The notes beneath the pieces are model-generated. The model worked only from the letters and a program-made list of their open reading frames with translations, ran no database searches and was not told the DNA's origin. From positions 66,291 to 130,290 of the forward strand of contig CACWUA010000001.1 in NCBI GenBank assembly GCA_902763905.1: 64,000 nt of DNA, written 5' to 3'. Position numbers and translations under genes: made by a program. Below are positions 35,502-45,173 of this stretch, piece after piece; position 1 is the stretch's first letter, and each line of letters begins with the position of its first letter. This DNA comes from an uncultured Pseudomonadota bacterium (lineage in GTDB: Bacteria > Pseudomonadota > Alphaproteobacteria > RF32 > CAG-239).

Positions 35502-37256
35502 CTAATAAATCGGCCGTTGATCCAACAATCCGCACCAACGCTCAACCTCGTCCAAATCGATATACCCTTTAAGCATTCGTTCGATTGCTGCCTCACGTAG
35601 CGGCCGTCCGTTTAATTCGCTTACCCAATAATCAATGGCATCTTTGGTTTCACCTTTTATCATCAGCTGCAAAAAATGCGCATCAGGCAAAATAATCTCC
35701 GGCACCGACATGCGACCTATAACTCCTTTATGATCACAGAATTTGCATCCCGGACCGCGTACAAAAGTATTATCAACGCCATATTCACCCAACGCTGTTT
35801 CCAAACGTTTAAATGACGGATCAGACATTCTTTTTTTCACCGGTACGCGGCAATGCGGACATATTTTACGGAACAAACGCTGTGAAATAAGACCTTTCAT
35901 AATCTCCGGATCTTCCAACATATAAGATTGTACGCCCATATCACGCAAACGCGTAATAATTGCCGGAGCGGAGTTCGCATGCAATGTAGACCACACACTG
36001 TGGCCGGAAAGTGCACCTCTGAACACAAGTGTCGCGGCAGAAAGCGTACGAATTTCGCCGACCATAATCACGTCCGGATCAGAACGCAATGCCGCCGATA
36101 GCGCTTTGTTGAAAGCATCATCTTTTTCTTCTTCGGTGCTGGCATTGGTAACCGGCATTTGTCTTGCCCCCGGGATCGGGTACTCCGGCGGATCTTCCAC
36201 CGTGATAACGTTTATTTCATTATTGTGCTCTTGCAGCAGCTTAATCATATTGCGTTGCAGCGTAGTAGACTTACCGGAACCTGTCGGACCGGCAATAATC
36301 TTCAGACCGGTTGCACTGGCACGGAGACGATAGAATAAATCTATTTCTCTATCTCCCAAACCAAGCGAACGTAAGTCACCGTCACCATTAGGATTGTCAT
36401 CGGCGTATAACAGACGCATAACCAAATATTGTGAACCGAATGCCACCGGATTAAATTGTAAACGAATAGCCAGAATATTGTGTGGTAAGCGTAGCTTTCC
36501 ATTGGTACCGCGCAAAGGCGTTGAACCTAATTTTTGCGCGCCTTGGAACTCATTTTGCGCATAGTTTGCGTCGGAAATATCCGCTGAAGCGAATGCCGCA
36601 CGCACAAAAGCCTCTCCCCATTCTTTAGAATATTCCAGTTCTCGTTCCATCATACCGCTTGAGCGAAAATAAACAATGGTCGAATTACCTACAATAACAT
36701 GAATATCCGATACTTTGTGGATGGCTGCGCGGCTTATCACACTCAAGAAGTCAATCTGCATCTGGTAATCGGATGTTTCTTCCGCCGAAATATTGACTTG
36801 GCCTGTTCCGCGTTCGGCAAACGCATAAATTGCCGAAAGCTCGGCAGTTGAAATATAACGAGGATCCGATATAGGTATTTTGCGGCGACGTGCGGTTGCC
36901 GTAAAGTTCAATACTTTACCGTCAAAACGGTGTGATTCGTCAACAAGATAAGTTCCGTCCGAAAACAATGCCAACATACGGCGTGTTTCGGAATCTACAA
37001 CGATTTCGCCATTTTCAAGCGTCAGCAACCGGTTGTCATTTGCAAACAGGTGGCGGAACGAAGTTTGGGCATCTTCGGTATTATCTTTGCCGGATACACT
37101 GCTGTCTTCAATATCAGACAGCGCTTGAGAAACTTCATTTTTCTCTTCATTTGATTTTGTTAGGGGTTCCGATGATTTGCCGACAGGAAGCTTATCGACA
37201 GTAATAACTGCCGATAAGTCATCTTTTTTATTCATTGTCTGAACATCATCTGCCAT
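35502..37256 (-). CDS. Type IV pilus assembly ATPase (GspE/PilB family; R64 PilQ / BfpD / TcpT-like)
   Basis: Walker A GPTGSGKST, ITVEDPPEY, Walker B PDVIMVGEIR, His box GHSVWSTLHAN, tetracysteine CPHC...CKFC. Confidence 0.9.
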   Translation of the reverse strand: MADDVQTMNKKDDLSAVITVDKLPVGKSSEPLTKSNEEKNEVSQALSDIEDSSVSGKDNTEDAQTSFRHLFANDNRLLTLENGEIVVDSETRRMLALFSDGTYLVDESHRFDGKVLNFTATARRRKIPISDPRYISTAELSAIYAFAERGTGQVNISAEETSDYQMQIDFLSVISRAAIHKVSDIHVIVGNSTIVYFRSSGMMERELEYSKEWGEAFVRAAFASADISDANYAQNEFQGAQKLGSTPLRGTNGKLRLPHNILAIRLQFNPVAFGSQYLVMRLLYADDNPNGDGDLRSLGLGDREIDLFYRLRASATGLKIIAGPTGSGKSTTLQRNMIKLLQEHNNEINVITVEDPPEYPIPGARQMPVTNASTEEEKDDAFNKALSAALRSDPDVIMVGEIRTLSAATLVFRGALSGHSVWSTLHANSAPAIITRLRDMGVQSYMLEDPEIMKGLISQRLFRKICPHCRVPVKKRMSDPSFKRLETALGEYGVDNTFVRGPGCKFCDHKGVIGRMSVPEIILPDAHFLQLMIKGETKDAIDYWVSELNGRPLREAAIERMLKGYIDLDEVERWCGLLDQRPIY

Positions 37257-37289
37257 GGTGTTTATCCGCCATTTACAAAATATTTGTTT

Positions 37290-39011
37290 TTATCTTACAA
37301 ACATTCCGCGGCCGAATGAAGGAGCCCCTACGTGAGGTGATGTCGGAGTGGAAGAACCTTGCGGTTGATCATCTTTTTTCGACTGTTTTTTACTCTTACT
37401 GTCTGCCTTAGGTTTTGTTTGTTTTCTGATTTTTTTTGACTTCTTGACCGGTTCTCCGTTTACGGTAGTTTCTTCATAAACAACTTCGGTAGAATCTTCT
37501 TTCGAAGCCGTCGATAAGAGCTCTCCTGTACCTCCGAAAGTAGCTTCAGGCTCAAATTCCATAACGGTATTACCTGTATACAGATAACTGTTCACACCTT
37601 TATTTTCAAACAAAATGTACTGATCGGTGATATCGATTACTTCTTCACCGTTTTTCAATTTGGAACCCTTATGAACGATAAATACTTTGCCCTCGGTGTT
37701 GATAATCTTGGCAACAATATCATCGCCTTGTCCGGTAATATCCATAATGGCATACTGCTTAGACATATCAACATCGCTCTTATCCGGTCCGTTTTTGATA
37801 TCACCTTCCTTAAACGGATTGGTGTTCTGGGCTTCTTTGGCTTCTTTGAGCTTCTTACGACTTTCGAGAAGAGCACGGTTCAAATCATTGATTGTTCCTT
37901 CCAACTCTTCTATTTTTTTCTTAAAGTCAGATATGACTTTCTCATGAGCCTTAACTACGGCAACTGCATGTTCACGAGTCTTTTGAATTTCACTGTCAAT
38001 ACTTGTCATCTTGGTTTTAAAGGTTTCAATCAAGTCAACACGCTCGTTTTCAAGTTCTTTGATTCTGCCTTGCAGTTTAGCGCTTTTTTCAACCCACTTT
38101 TGATTCATCATCAACATTTCGTTCATATAATCGTTGATGACTTTTCCTTGTCTGAGTTTTTCAAGCTCCATTTCTTTTTCTTTAAGTTTACGCTCTTCTT
38201 CCAAAATTTTGGCTTTACGCTCGGCTTCGGCTTTTAATCTTTCTTCTTCCAACTGCATTTTGGCTCGTCGTGTAGCTTCAATAATAGCCAAACTCTTCTG
38301 GCGTTCTTCCAACACCTTGGTTCTCAATTCCTCACGTTTCTTTTCAAGTTGCAAGAGAGTTGCTTCTTTTTCGATATGCGACATTTGATTGAACAGGTTG
38401 TTGTCAACCTTAGATAAAATGGCATTACCAAACTTTTCCAGCGGCGATTTCGGCGCATCAGCTTCAGGTAACGACGGATCTAATTCCTTAAGTTCATCGA
38501 AGCCGGCATCCAAAGCCGCATCACTCAGCGGATTTTCTTCTCCGGAATCATCAGTCGGCAATTTCAAACCGGCCGGATCCGCCCCCTCGGCTGATTGTGC
38601 CGACATATCGGCAGCATCAATCAACGGCTTGTCATTACTTAAGAAATCTTCAGGAGATTGCTCATTTAAAAATTCCAAATTATCATTGGTAGCTTCCGGA
38701 GCTGTAACCTGTAATTCGCCGGTCTGTGCATCAGGATTGGCAATTACATCCTGCACTGTTTCGGCCGCATTCTGAACATTTTGCACTGTATCATCTATTG
38801 TCTCTACAGTCTGATTGACATTATCGGCAACATCTTTCGCTGCAGTCGAAACACTTTCAGTGGCACTTGCTAGCGGTTGAATCATTCCATCAACCGGATT
38901 CGCCGGAACGGCATTTTCTTCCGCGGCATAACCTGCATGACTGATTGCCAGCGTAAACATAAAAGCTAACGCAATAACCGCTACGGCTCTGTTTTTAAGA
39001 TTATAATTCAT
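37290..39011 (-). CDS. PilP-like pilus biogenesis protein with long coiled-coil/acidic extension
   Basis: Signal peptide ...ISHAGYA. Acidic region, then a Lys/Glu coiled coil of about 200 aa. YAIMDITGQGDDIVAKIINTEGKVFIVHKGSKLKNGEEVIDITDQYILFE resembles the PilP beta-domain. Basic tail. Confidence 0.45.
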   Translation of the reverse strand: MNYNLKNRAVAVIALAFMFTLAISHAGYAAEENAVPANPVDGMIQPLASATESVSTAAKDVADNVNQTVETIDDTVQNVQNAAETVQDVIANPDAQTGELQVTAPEATNDNLEFLNEQSPEDFLSNDKPLIDAADMSAQSAEGADPAGLKLPTDDSGEENPLSDAALDAGFDELKELDPSLPEADAPKSPLEKFGNAILSKVDNNLFNQMSHIEKEATLLQLEKKREELRTKVLEERQKSLAIIEATRRAKMQLEEERLKAEAERKAKILEEERKLKEKEMELEKLRQGKVINDYMNEMLMMNQKWVEKSAKLQGRIKELENERVDLIETFKTKMTSIDSEIQKTREHAVAVVKAHEKVISDFKKKIEELEGTINDLNRALLESRKKLKEAKEAQNTNPFKEGDIKNGPDKSDVDMSKQYAIMDITGQGDDIVAKIINTEGKVFIVHKGSKLKNGEEVIDITDQYILFENKGVNSYLYTGNTVMEFEPEATFGGTGELLSTASKEDSTEVVYEETTVNGEPVKKSKKIRKQTKPKADSKSKKQSKKDDQPQGSSTPTSPHVGAPSFGRGMFVR

Positions 39012-40266
39012 AAATTTCTCCTTTATAAGTCCACTTTGCGTCGTTAGAGTGAATATTGTATATTATACTTTTAATCGATAAGCCTGAAAATTTCATTAAC
39101 AATCCGATCCATTCCAACGGATCATTATTCGAAGTAATGGTAAATTCCAACAGCTGATATTTAGTACCGCGCGGCGACACCCAAGATATCGGATTAAGCA
39201 TAATCTGCGAATTGAATTGTTGCAAGTCCAAAGCCTGATTGATATCGTTAATGGTATTAATTAAGTCGTCTTCCGTATATTCCGGCGGTGAATTAAATGT
39301 TTTTGGCTTTTCAATCGGGGTGGTTACAATAATCTCATTGCCATCTTTTCCTAAAGCACGAGATGTAAATTCTACACCGGAAACGTCAAGAGCCTGCTCA
39401 ATCCAAGTCAGACGGCCGTGTACACGTGTCCACGAAGTAACAATACCTGAATTCGGATTGCAAGCAATTTGCCCCAACACCCATCCCGGAGTAACCACTT
39501 GAACCACTTTTTGAACACCGGCATAGCAGCTGCGCATTACATCTACCGGATTATTCATATCCTCCCATGGTTTAGGCTCCGGCGGCAATTCCGCCTGCTC
39601 GGCCTGTTCAATCGGAGCGATAATCGGTGCACTTGGCGCAGAGAAGAATAAATCTTTCAACGTGGAATATGCAAACCACAAAATAATGGCAAAACAAACC
39701 ACGATAACCGCCAACATAATAGTATCATTGCTGGCATCAATCTTGTCTAACTTAACCTGCAAACCTCGATTTAACAGCGGTTCTATTTCTGCCGATTTGG
39801 TATCTTCTATTGCCCATTCTGCCGGAGCAAAGATAGCATCCCAATCAGGTACTGCCAACATTGAAATAAACTGATTTTTGGCATCACGCTCACTTATAAA
39901 CAAAGTATCGCCGTCGGAAAGGATAACATCGTTTCTGTAACAAATATACCACCAACCGGTATCAACCTTAAATACTCCCAGAAACGATGTAACGTTTCCA
40001 AGTCCGGAAATCAAGGCAATGGCAGCCGAAGGCAGCCCTTTGGTAAAGCCTTGTGAAGAGGCCGCCAAACCGAATTGTGCGGATTTTCCTTTACGCGTAA
40101 CATAAAGATCCGCTCCTTCCATAATATTCTCGGCCGCTTCTTTTACTTCCGGCAAAGGCTTGTCTTCATTCAACAACGGCTGCCAGAACAGGCTTGCTGC
40201 ATAAGTAGTGCCTCCGCTGTTGAATGTCGCTTTCCATGCCTTTTCTTCAGTTTGCGTATCGTCCAC
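39001..40266 (-). CDS. Bitopic membrane protein in the R64 PilO / BfpC-like position
   Basis: 421 aa with a single central TM (IMLAVIVVCFAIILWFAYSTL). Assigned from size and position between the secretin and the PilP-like gene only. Confidence 0.4.
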   Translation of the reverse strand: MDDTQTEEKAWKATFNSGGTTYAASLFWQPLLNEDKPLPEVKEAAENIMEGADLYVTRKGKSAQFGLAASSQGFTKGLPSAAIALISGLGNVTSFLGVFKVDTGWWYICYRNDVILSDGDTLFISERDAKNQFISMLAVPDWDAIFAPAEWAIEDTKSAEIEPLLNRGLQVKLDKIDASNDTIMLAVIVVCFAIILWFAYSTLKDLFFSAPSAPIIAPIEQAEQAELPPEPKPWEDMNNPVDVMRSCYAGVQKVVQVVTPGWVLGQIACNPNSGIVTSWTRVHGRLTWIEQALDVSGVEFTSRALGKDGNEIIVTTPIEKPKTFNSPPEYTEDDLINTINDINQALDLQQFNSQIMLNPISWVSPRGTKYQLLEFTITSNNDPLEWIGLLMKFSGLSIKSIIYNIHSNDAKWTYKGEIYEL

Positions 40267-40285
40267 TGGTTTTCTCCCTCAAAAA

Positions 40286-41902
40286 TTAATCGCTCATTCT
40301 GGATTCCGGAGATAATGGCGTTTCCAAAACCACAGGGGTTAACATAATAACGAATACCGAACGACCTTTTTGCGATTCGTTTTTTCCGCCCAGCAACATG
40401 TTGTCAGCAGTTCCGGTTCCTTGCTTCTCAACCGTATCTTGCAATTTTTCGTATCCGGTAAGCACCATCGTTTGTCCTGATTTAAGAGCGATTTCTTGTG
40501 TGAAACCGCGTGTTTCGATTACCGGCATCATCAACGGCGGTTGATTGAATGCGTACTGAATAGGCTCATCATCTACCTTTTCAGACAAAGTAAGATTAAA
40601 GAACACCATCAAACGCCCATGATCCAAAATCCTTGGTAAAACACTCATCATAAAGCCGGTTGTATAGCTTTCTACGTCAGTAGAACTGTCATTATTGTCG
40701 CTACCGGTGGAAGTTGAAGTGGTTGACATATTTTTATTATAGTACCCAACGCGCGTAACCTGAATCGGTGCCGGCTTGTTGTTCATAGTGGTTACTGTAC
40801 CGCTGGTTACGAGTTTTCCCTTGGAATCTTCTGAAATAGCTCTGATTGCAGCATCTATATTCCAATCTTTTGAAGATATCAGCATCGACAGTCCGCCGCC
40901 GCTGATACCTGAGGTATTCTCGATTGCGGAAATACTTTCGATGGAGCCTCTGCCATTTTTACCACCGAAACGCAACTTATTTAAGTCAAAGCCATATTTA
41001 TCACTACTGCCGAGGTCAACCATAAATACTTTAACGCTAATGGCAACTTGCTTTGATAAACGGACATTTTGTTCGTTAATAAATTTGGAAATGCGGCGAA
41101 TGTTAGCCGGTGTGTCGGTAACCGTAATCGTACCGCTGGCGCGATTGATACTGACTGTGCCGTCTCCGGTAGTCATAGTACTTAAAGTTTCTTCAATTTG
41201 CGACCATAAATCAATATTATCAACGGTGTTTTGTTGCTGAATTGAAGAGTTGCCGCTGGCTCCATCGCCATCGCCGCCTTCACCGGAAACATCAATCGTA
41301 ACGTTTAGTGTCGGATTGGTTGGTAGGCTATATAATACAAAGGTCTTAGTGGTGTAGCGGTAGAAATAAATTTCATTCTTTTCATATTTCCACCATACCC
41401 CGAAACGATTGGCTACCTCATCCAACAAGCCGCTGATAGGGCCTTTGTAGTTCACGAGCATTTTGGTTGAATCTGTCCATTGTACACCGATATCCTCCAA
41501 TGACGGCTCATTTTCATCGGCCGCATCTTTAATCCCATCTTCTTCCAATTCCGGAGCATAACGCACGGATAAAGAGGTGATTTTGTTAATCATGGAACCG
41601 ATTTCGAACAATGTAATCGGACGATTGCTGATAAGCGTGATACCGTCTTTGGCTTCCAAATACGCCGGAATCGGCTCTCCTTCAAATTCTACATTGGAAG
41701 AATCTCCGAGCCAGATATCGTTCTTAACCCGCACCACATCGTCAGGTACCGGAGTGTCTGGTACCGAAGCCTGTTGATGCAGGGCAGTGGCATCATGAGC
41801 TGCTTGTGTTATATCTTCGTCCATTTGCGGCGAGAAAGAACAGGCCACCGTAATTCCCAAAATACCAAGAGCAGTTATCTTAAACAAATTAGTCATACGC
41901 AT
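40286..41902 (-). CDS. Lipoprotein secretin of type IVb pilus systems (R64 PilN / BfpB / TcpC-like)
   Basis: Lipobox GITVAC. C-terminal secretin core (...SVLPRILDHGRLMVFFNLTLSE...PVIETRGFTQEIALKSGQTMVLTGYE...LLGGKNESQKGRSVFVIMLTPVVL). Start among M 41923/41902/41896 is uncertain. Confidence 0.85.
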   Translation of the reverse strand: MRMTNLFKITALGILGITVACSFSPQMDEDITQAAHDATALHQQASVPDTPVPDDVVRVKNDIWLGDSSNVEFEGEPIPAYLEAKDGITLISNRPITLFEIGSMINKITSLSVRYAPELEEDGIKDAADENEPSLEDIGVQWTDSTKMLVNYKGPISGLLDEVANRFGVWWKYEKNEIYFYRYTTKTFVLYSLPTNPTLNVTIDVSGEGGDGDGASGNSSIQQQNTVDNIDLWSQIEETLSTMTTGDGTVSINRASGTITVTDTPANIRRISKFINEQNVRLSKQVAISVKVFMVDLGSSDKYGFDLNKLRFGGKNGRGSIESISAIENTSGISGGGLSMLISSKDWNIDAAIRAISEDSKGKLVTSGTVTTMNNKPAPIQVTRVGYYNKNMSTTSTSTGSDNNDSSTDVESYTTGFMMSVLPRILDHGRLMVFFNLTLSEKVDDEPIQYAFNQPPLMMPVIETRGFTQEIALKSGQTMVLTGYEKLQDTVEKQGTGTADNMLLGGKNESQKGRSVFVIMLTPVVLETPLSPESRMSD

Positions 41903-42617
41903 TTTCGTCCTCCATTGTTTCAATTACCAGAACACGATTACCTTTATAAAAAGTTGCAACCGGTGCCGGCTTTGCGCGAGCAAAAGCTCTGACCAACGCA
42001 GATGCCACATCGGCAAAATTGCCGCGGAACATTGCGCCTGCGTTCAGCGTATAATTACGATTTGTTTTCCAAATCAGCCGCCAACCGGCTTCTTCGCTCC
42101 ACTGAACCAATAAATCTTTCAAACTTTGACCTTCCTCGGCCAACCAATCCTTATTCGGGTTGTCATCCTGCGGCTCTTCCGGTACTTCTGTGATTTCCGG
42201 CATTTCTTGTGCAATTGCGGCCGGCGGTGTACCCGTTACTTCCGCTTCATATTCAATCACTTCGTCATTGATACTCGGCATAATTGTTGCAGAAATGTTA
42301 TTACCGGCTGCGGCCTGCGTAATACGATGATCGCGCGGGGATCTTTCTCCGTAAGCGCGGAAATCGGCTTGAGTTCGAGTGTAATTTACGTTTGTATTGT
42401 CTGTGCATTCGCTGTATCCGGCAGCATTTTCCACGCACACCGCCGTATATTCATTATTGCTGGTGCAAATACCATCGCGGCACTGTTCTTCCGGATAGTT
42501 CTGAATATTGCCTTGCGGTGCCGAGCTGATACAACCGACTGTGCTTAAAATACAACATACCAAGCCGGTAATCATAAATTTATTAATCATTGTTTTTCTC
42601 TCAATATTTTGTTTCAT
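41889..42617 (-). CDS. Lipoprotein with PilL/TcpQ-like C-terminal domain
   Basis: Lipobox STVGC. C-terminus GQSLKDLLVQWSEEAGWRLIWKTNRNYTLNAGAMFRGNFADVASALVRAF resembles the TcpQ/PilL domain. Lies immediately upstream of the secretin, as in R64 and ICE pil clusters. Confidence 0.5.
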   Translation of the reverse strand: MKQNIERKTMINKFMITGLVCCILSTVGCISSAPQGNIQNYPEEQCRDGICTSNNEYTAVCVENAAGYSECTDNTNVNYTRTQADFRAYGERSPRDHRITQAAAGNNISATIMPSINDEVIEYEAEVTGTPPAAIAQEMPEITEVPEEPQDDNPNKDWLAEEGQSLKDLLVQWSEEAGWRLIWKTNRNYTLNAGAMFRGNFADVASALVRAFARAKPAPVATFYKGNRVLVIETMEDENAYD

Positions 42618-42656
42618 CGTATTTTCCTATAATACAGGTTAAAACAGGATAGCACC

Positions 42657-44315
42657 TCAATTCCAAGGGTTATCGAAGTGTTTTGTCGCTTCTACCCGTT
42701 GTTCGTCGGTGACATATCGTACATTCCTAATAATAAAAGAGTTTGGCTCTCTGTCAGTAAACATTATATTAACTTTTTGCGGTTCTACACCGTTGTCGGC
42801 CAATATTTTGTACAGCAGCTTTAATCTTTTCTGCTGCACTTCGTATGATGCCGAACGATCAACCCGAATTTCTACCACAATGTTCTCATCGCTGACGGCA
42901 TTGTCGGCAAAAGCGTGCAACCAATCCAGCGTCTGTCCCGAAATTTCGGCGCGATTCGGCTGAAAAGATAATTTAAGTTCGGTCGGTACAATATTTTTAT
43001 CATCGCTGTTGCCAAGCAATCGCTGAAAAATAGAACTGTGTTTTTCTTTTGAGCCTTTTTTCGCTTTCGGAGCTGATTTTTTCTCATCGGATCCGGTTAC
43101 TTTGCTGCGCACACCATCAAACCATGCAGCTACATTATCCGAAAGTTTTTTGGAGGTCTCAGCATCTTCTTCGGAAGTTTCGGAATTTGCGTCGCTGTCA
43201 AAATCTTTTTCATCATCAATGCTTTGAATAGTGCTTTCGGTGCGTTTGTTCTGCTTGACAGGCTTATTGGAAATTCTTTCTTCCGGCTTTAATTCCGGCA
43301 GTTGACGCTCATCACGCAGTCTTTGCTCCAACTCCAGATTCTTTTTAGATGTGGAAAACTGCGGTGTCAGATTATCGTCATTCAAAATATCTTCCGGAAT
43401 CGGAATAAGGATATTCGGCTGCAATTTATATGCCACTTGTTTATCATCTGAAGTTTCGGCATCCGGCAGTGTAACATCTTGCTGCAACGGTTCGCTTTTA
43501 ACCCCGTAGGTATTTTTGTTAATGTGTTTGTTGGCGGTTTCGGCCACATTCCACGGATCATCGGTAGTATTTTGTGATATTTCCGTATTACTTTTATTAC
43601 TTTCCGCCTGATTCTCGGCAACTTCTTCCACGCTGCCTGCTGCCAGCGGTTCGGTAACGTCTGCCGTGCTTTCTGTTCCCAAATTATAAATACTGACATT
43701 CTGCGAAGCCAAAGCTATCCTGCCGTTATCAGCCTCGTCCGAAACCGAAACAACACCGTTTTCAATCTTATAGTTATGTTTTAGTGGAATAGCAAAATCG
43801 ACAGCTGTCGCGGCATCGGCAATTTGCAATTCTTCATCTTGATTGTTTCCGCTGTCGGCAATTTGCAACTGTGTATCGGCAACAGCAGTACTTTCGGTAA
43901 GAGCCGATGCCAAAATTTCATCTTCGGCACTTCCGGCATAATTTTCATCACCTTTTATCCAATTGCCGGAATCATCAGAAGCATACAAGATTTCATCAGA
44001 ACCGGCAGCAACATCACCTGAGGCTGTGTCTGCAACGGTAATCTTTGGTTGAATTGCGGCGCTTGCACCGAGAGGAGCCTCGGCGGCTGATAACTTTTTA
44101 TATTTTTCATAAATCGGGTCATTTTCTTCGTTGGCCGCAAATAATTCAATATTTTTGGCGGCAACATTCTGCACACTTAATTCCTCTTGCTGTCTAGCCA
44201 TCGACAGTACCAAATACGCTTTCGTTGCAATAAACACCGCTACCAACGAAAGAAAGAAACTACCGATAAAATATTTCAAATTCAATCTTTGCATTTTAAA
44301 ATCCTGTAGAATCAA
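42657..44315 (-). CDS. Membrane-anchored protein with degenerate OmpA/MotB-like C-terminal domain; first gene of the pilus operon
   Basis: N-terminal TM (YFIGSFFLSLVAVFIATKAYLVL) and a long acidic/low-complexity middle. The C-terminal LKLSFQPNRAEISGQTLDWLHAF...VVEIRVDRSASYEVQQKRLKLLYKILADNGVEPQKVNI follows the OmpA_C spacing pattern. Confidence 0.45.
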   Translation of the reverse strand: MILQDFKMQRLNLKYFIGSFFLSLVAVFIATKAYLVLSMARQQEELSVQNVAAKNIELFAANEENDPIYEKYKKLSAAEAPLGASAAIQPKITVADTASGDVAAGSDEILYASDDSGNWIKGDENYAGSAEDEILASALTESTAVADTQLQIADSGNNQDEELQIADAATAVDFAIPLKHNYKIENGVVSVSDEADNGRIALASQNVSIYNLGTESTADVTEPLAAGSVEEVAENQAESNKSNTEISQNTTDDPWNVAETANKHINKNTYGVKSEPLQQDVTLPDAETSDDKQVAYKLQPNILIPIPEDILNDDNLTPQFSTSKKNLELEQRLRDERQLPELKPEERISNKPVKQNKRTESTIQSIDDEKDFDSDANSETSEEDAETSKKLSDNVAAWFDGVRSKVTGSDEKKSAPKAKKGSKEKHSSIFQRLLGNSDDKNIVPTELKLSFQPNRAEISGQTLDWLHAFADNAVSDENIVVEIRVDRSASYEVQQKRLKLLYKILADNGVEPQKVNIMFTDREPNSFIIRNVRYVTDEQRVEATKHFDNPWN

Positions 44316-44748
44316 CGAATAAAGCCGTTTTCAGGCGGCAATTATCCCACTCTTTTGGTTGAAGATACAACAAATAACGTTAAAATACAGTTAATGTGCA
44401 AAATAAATAATAATCCGCATTATTTTGCCGCAAGGATGCATGGAGACGTGCAAGATTATCATCTGTGCAAGAATGGCAGCACAGAAAACAATTTCGGCAA
44501 AGTCGTTTACCGGTGCTAAATAAAATCGCAAATGACGGCATTGGTTCATAAAAATAAGTCTTTACGATTTATTTACAAATATAGAATATTATAGATTGCG
44601 TATATTTATAATACACACAATGCATATGCAGAATAAAGGTCGATTGCCGACTTAAAGATTGTAACAAAAAATTCATAAAAAACTTGTACGATTTTGAAAA
44701 AAAGTGTGTTATTATAAAAGTGTGGATAATAGAAATAGGAGAAAAAAC

Positions 44749-45093
44749 ATGAAATTCTTGAAAAATAATATTTGCACCATCTTGGCAATGACTTTTATTT
44801 TTTCAGCGGCTATGATAGGTGATGCTTCAGCGGCTTCTTCGGTGTTCGATACCGCTATCAGTAAATTATCTAAGTTGTTTAAGGATACGAAAAGTGTTTT
44901 GTTCGTAATCGGCGGTTTTGGTTTGGTGGCATTGGCCTTCCAAGCTATTTTCGGCAAGCTGAAATGGGCATGGTTTGCCGCTTTGGCTCTGGGTTTGGCA
45001 GTTGTGGCCGCAGCCGGTAAAGTTGTTGACTATGCGGTTTCTTCAAACGACGGTGGCACAGTTACCAGTACTAACTACGACGACTCATTGTAA
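44749..45093 (+). CDS. virB2: VirB2/TrbC-type T4SS pilin, paralog 1
   Basis: AGGAGAAAAAAC RBS. Signal peptide ...MIGDASA-AS. Two hydrophobic helices separated by FGKLKW, roughly 85-aa mature length. First gene of the plus-strand operon. Confidence 0.75.
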   Translation: MKFLKNNICTILAMTFIFSAAMIGDASAASSVFDTAISKLSKLFKDTKSVLFVIGGFGLVALAFQAIFGKLKWAWFAALALGLAVVAAAGKVVDYAVSSNDGGTVTSTNYDDSL

Positions 45094-45173
45094 TATATTG
45101 CTGCCAAAAGTATAATTCAATCGCAAGGGAGAGAGAAATTTCTTTCTCCCTCGGGTTGAAGAAAGGAGGAATT

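Noticed and set aside
37671-38775. Plus-strand ORFs of 188, 86, 84 and 128 aa within the PilP-like gene
   Set aside because: They are artefacts of the Lys/Glu- and Ala/Ser-rich low-complexity coding on the minus strand. The translations are Phe/Leu/Ser-rich nonsense without starts in good context.
44606-44788. 60-aa minus-strand ORF in the divergent control region
   Set aside because: It is an AT-rich intergenic shadow ORF overlapping the virB2 RBS and start, with a Phe/Tyr-rich translation and no start context.
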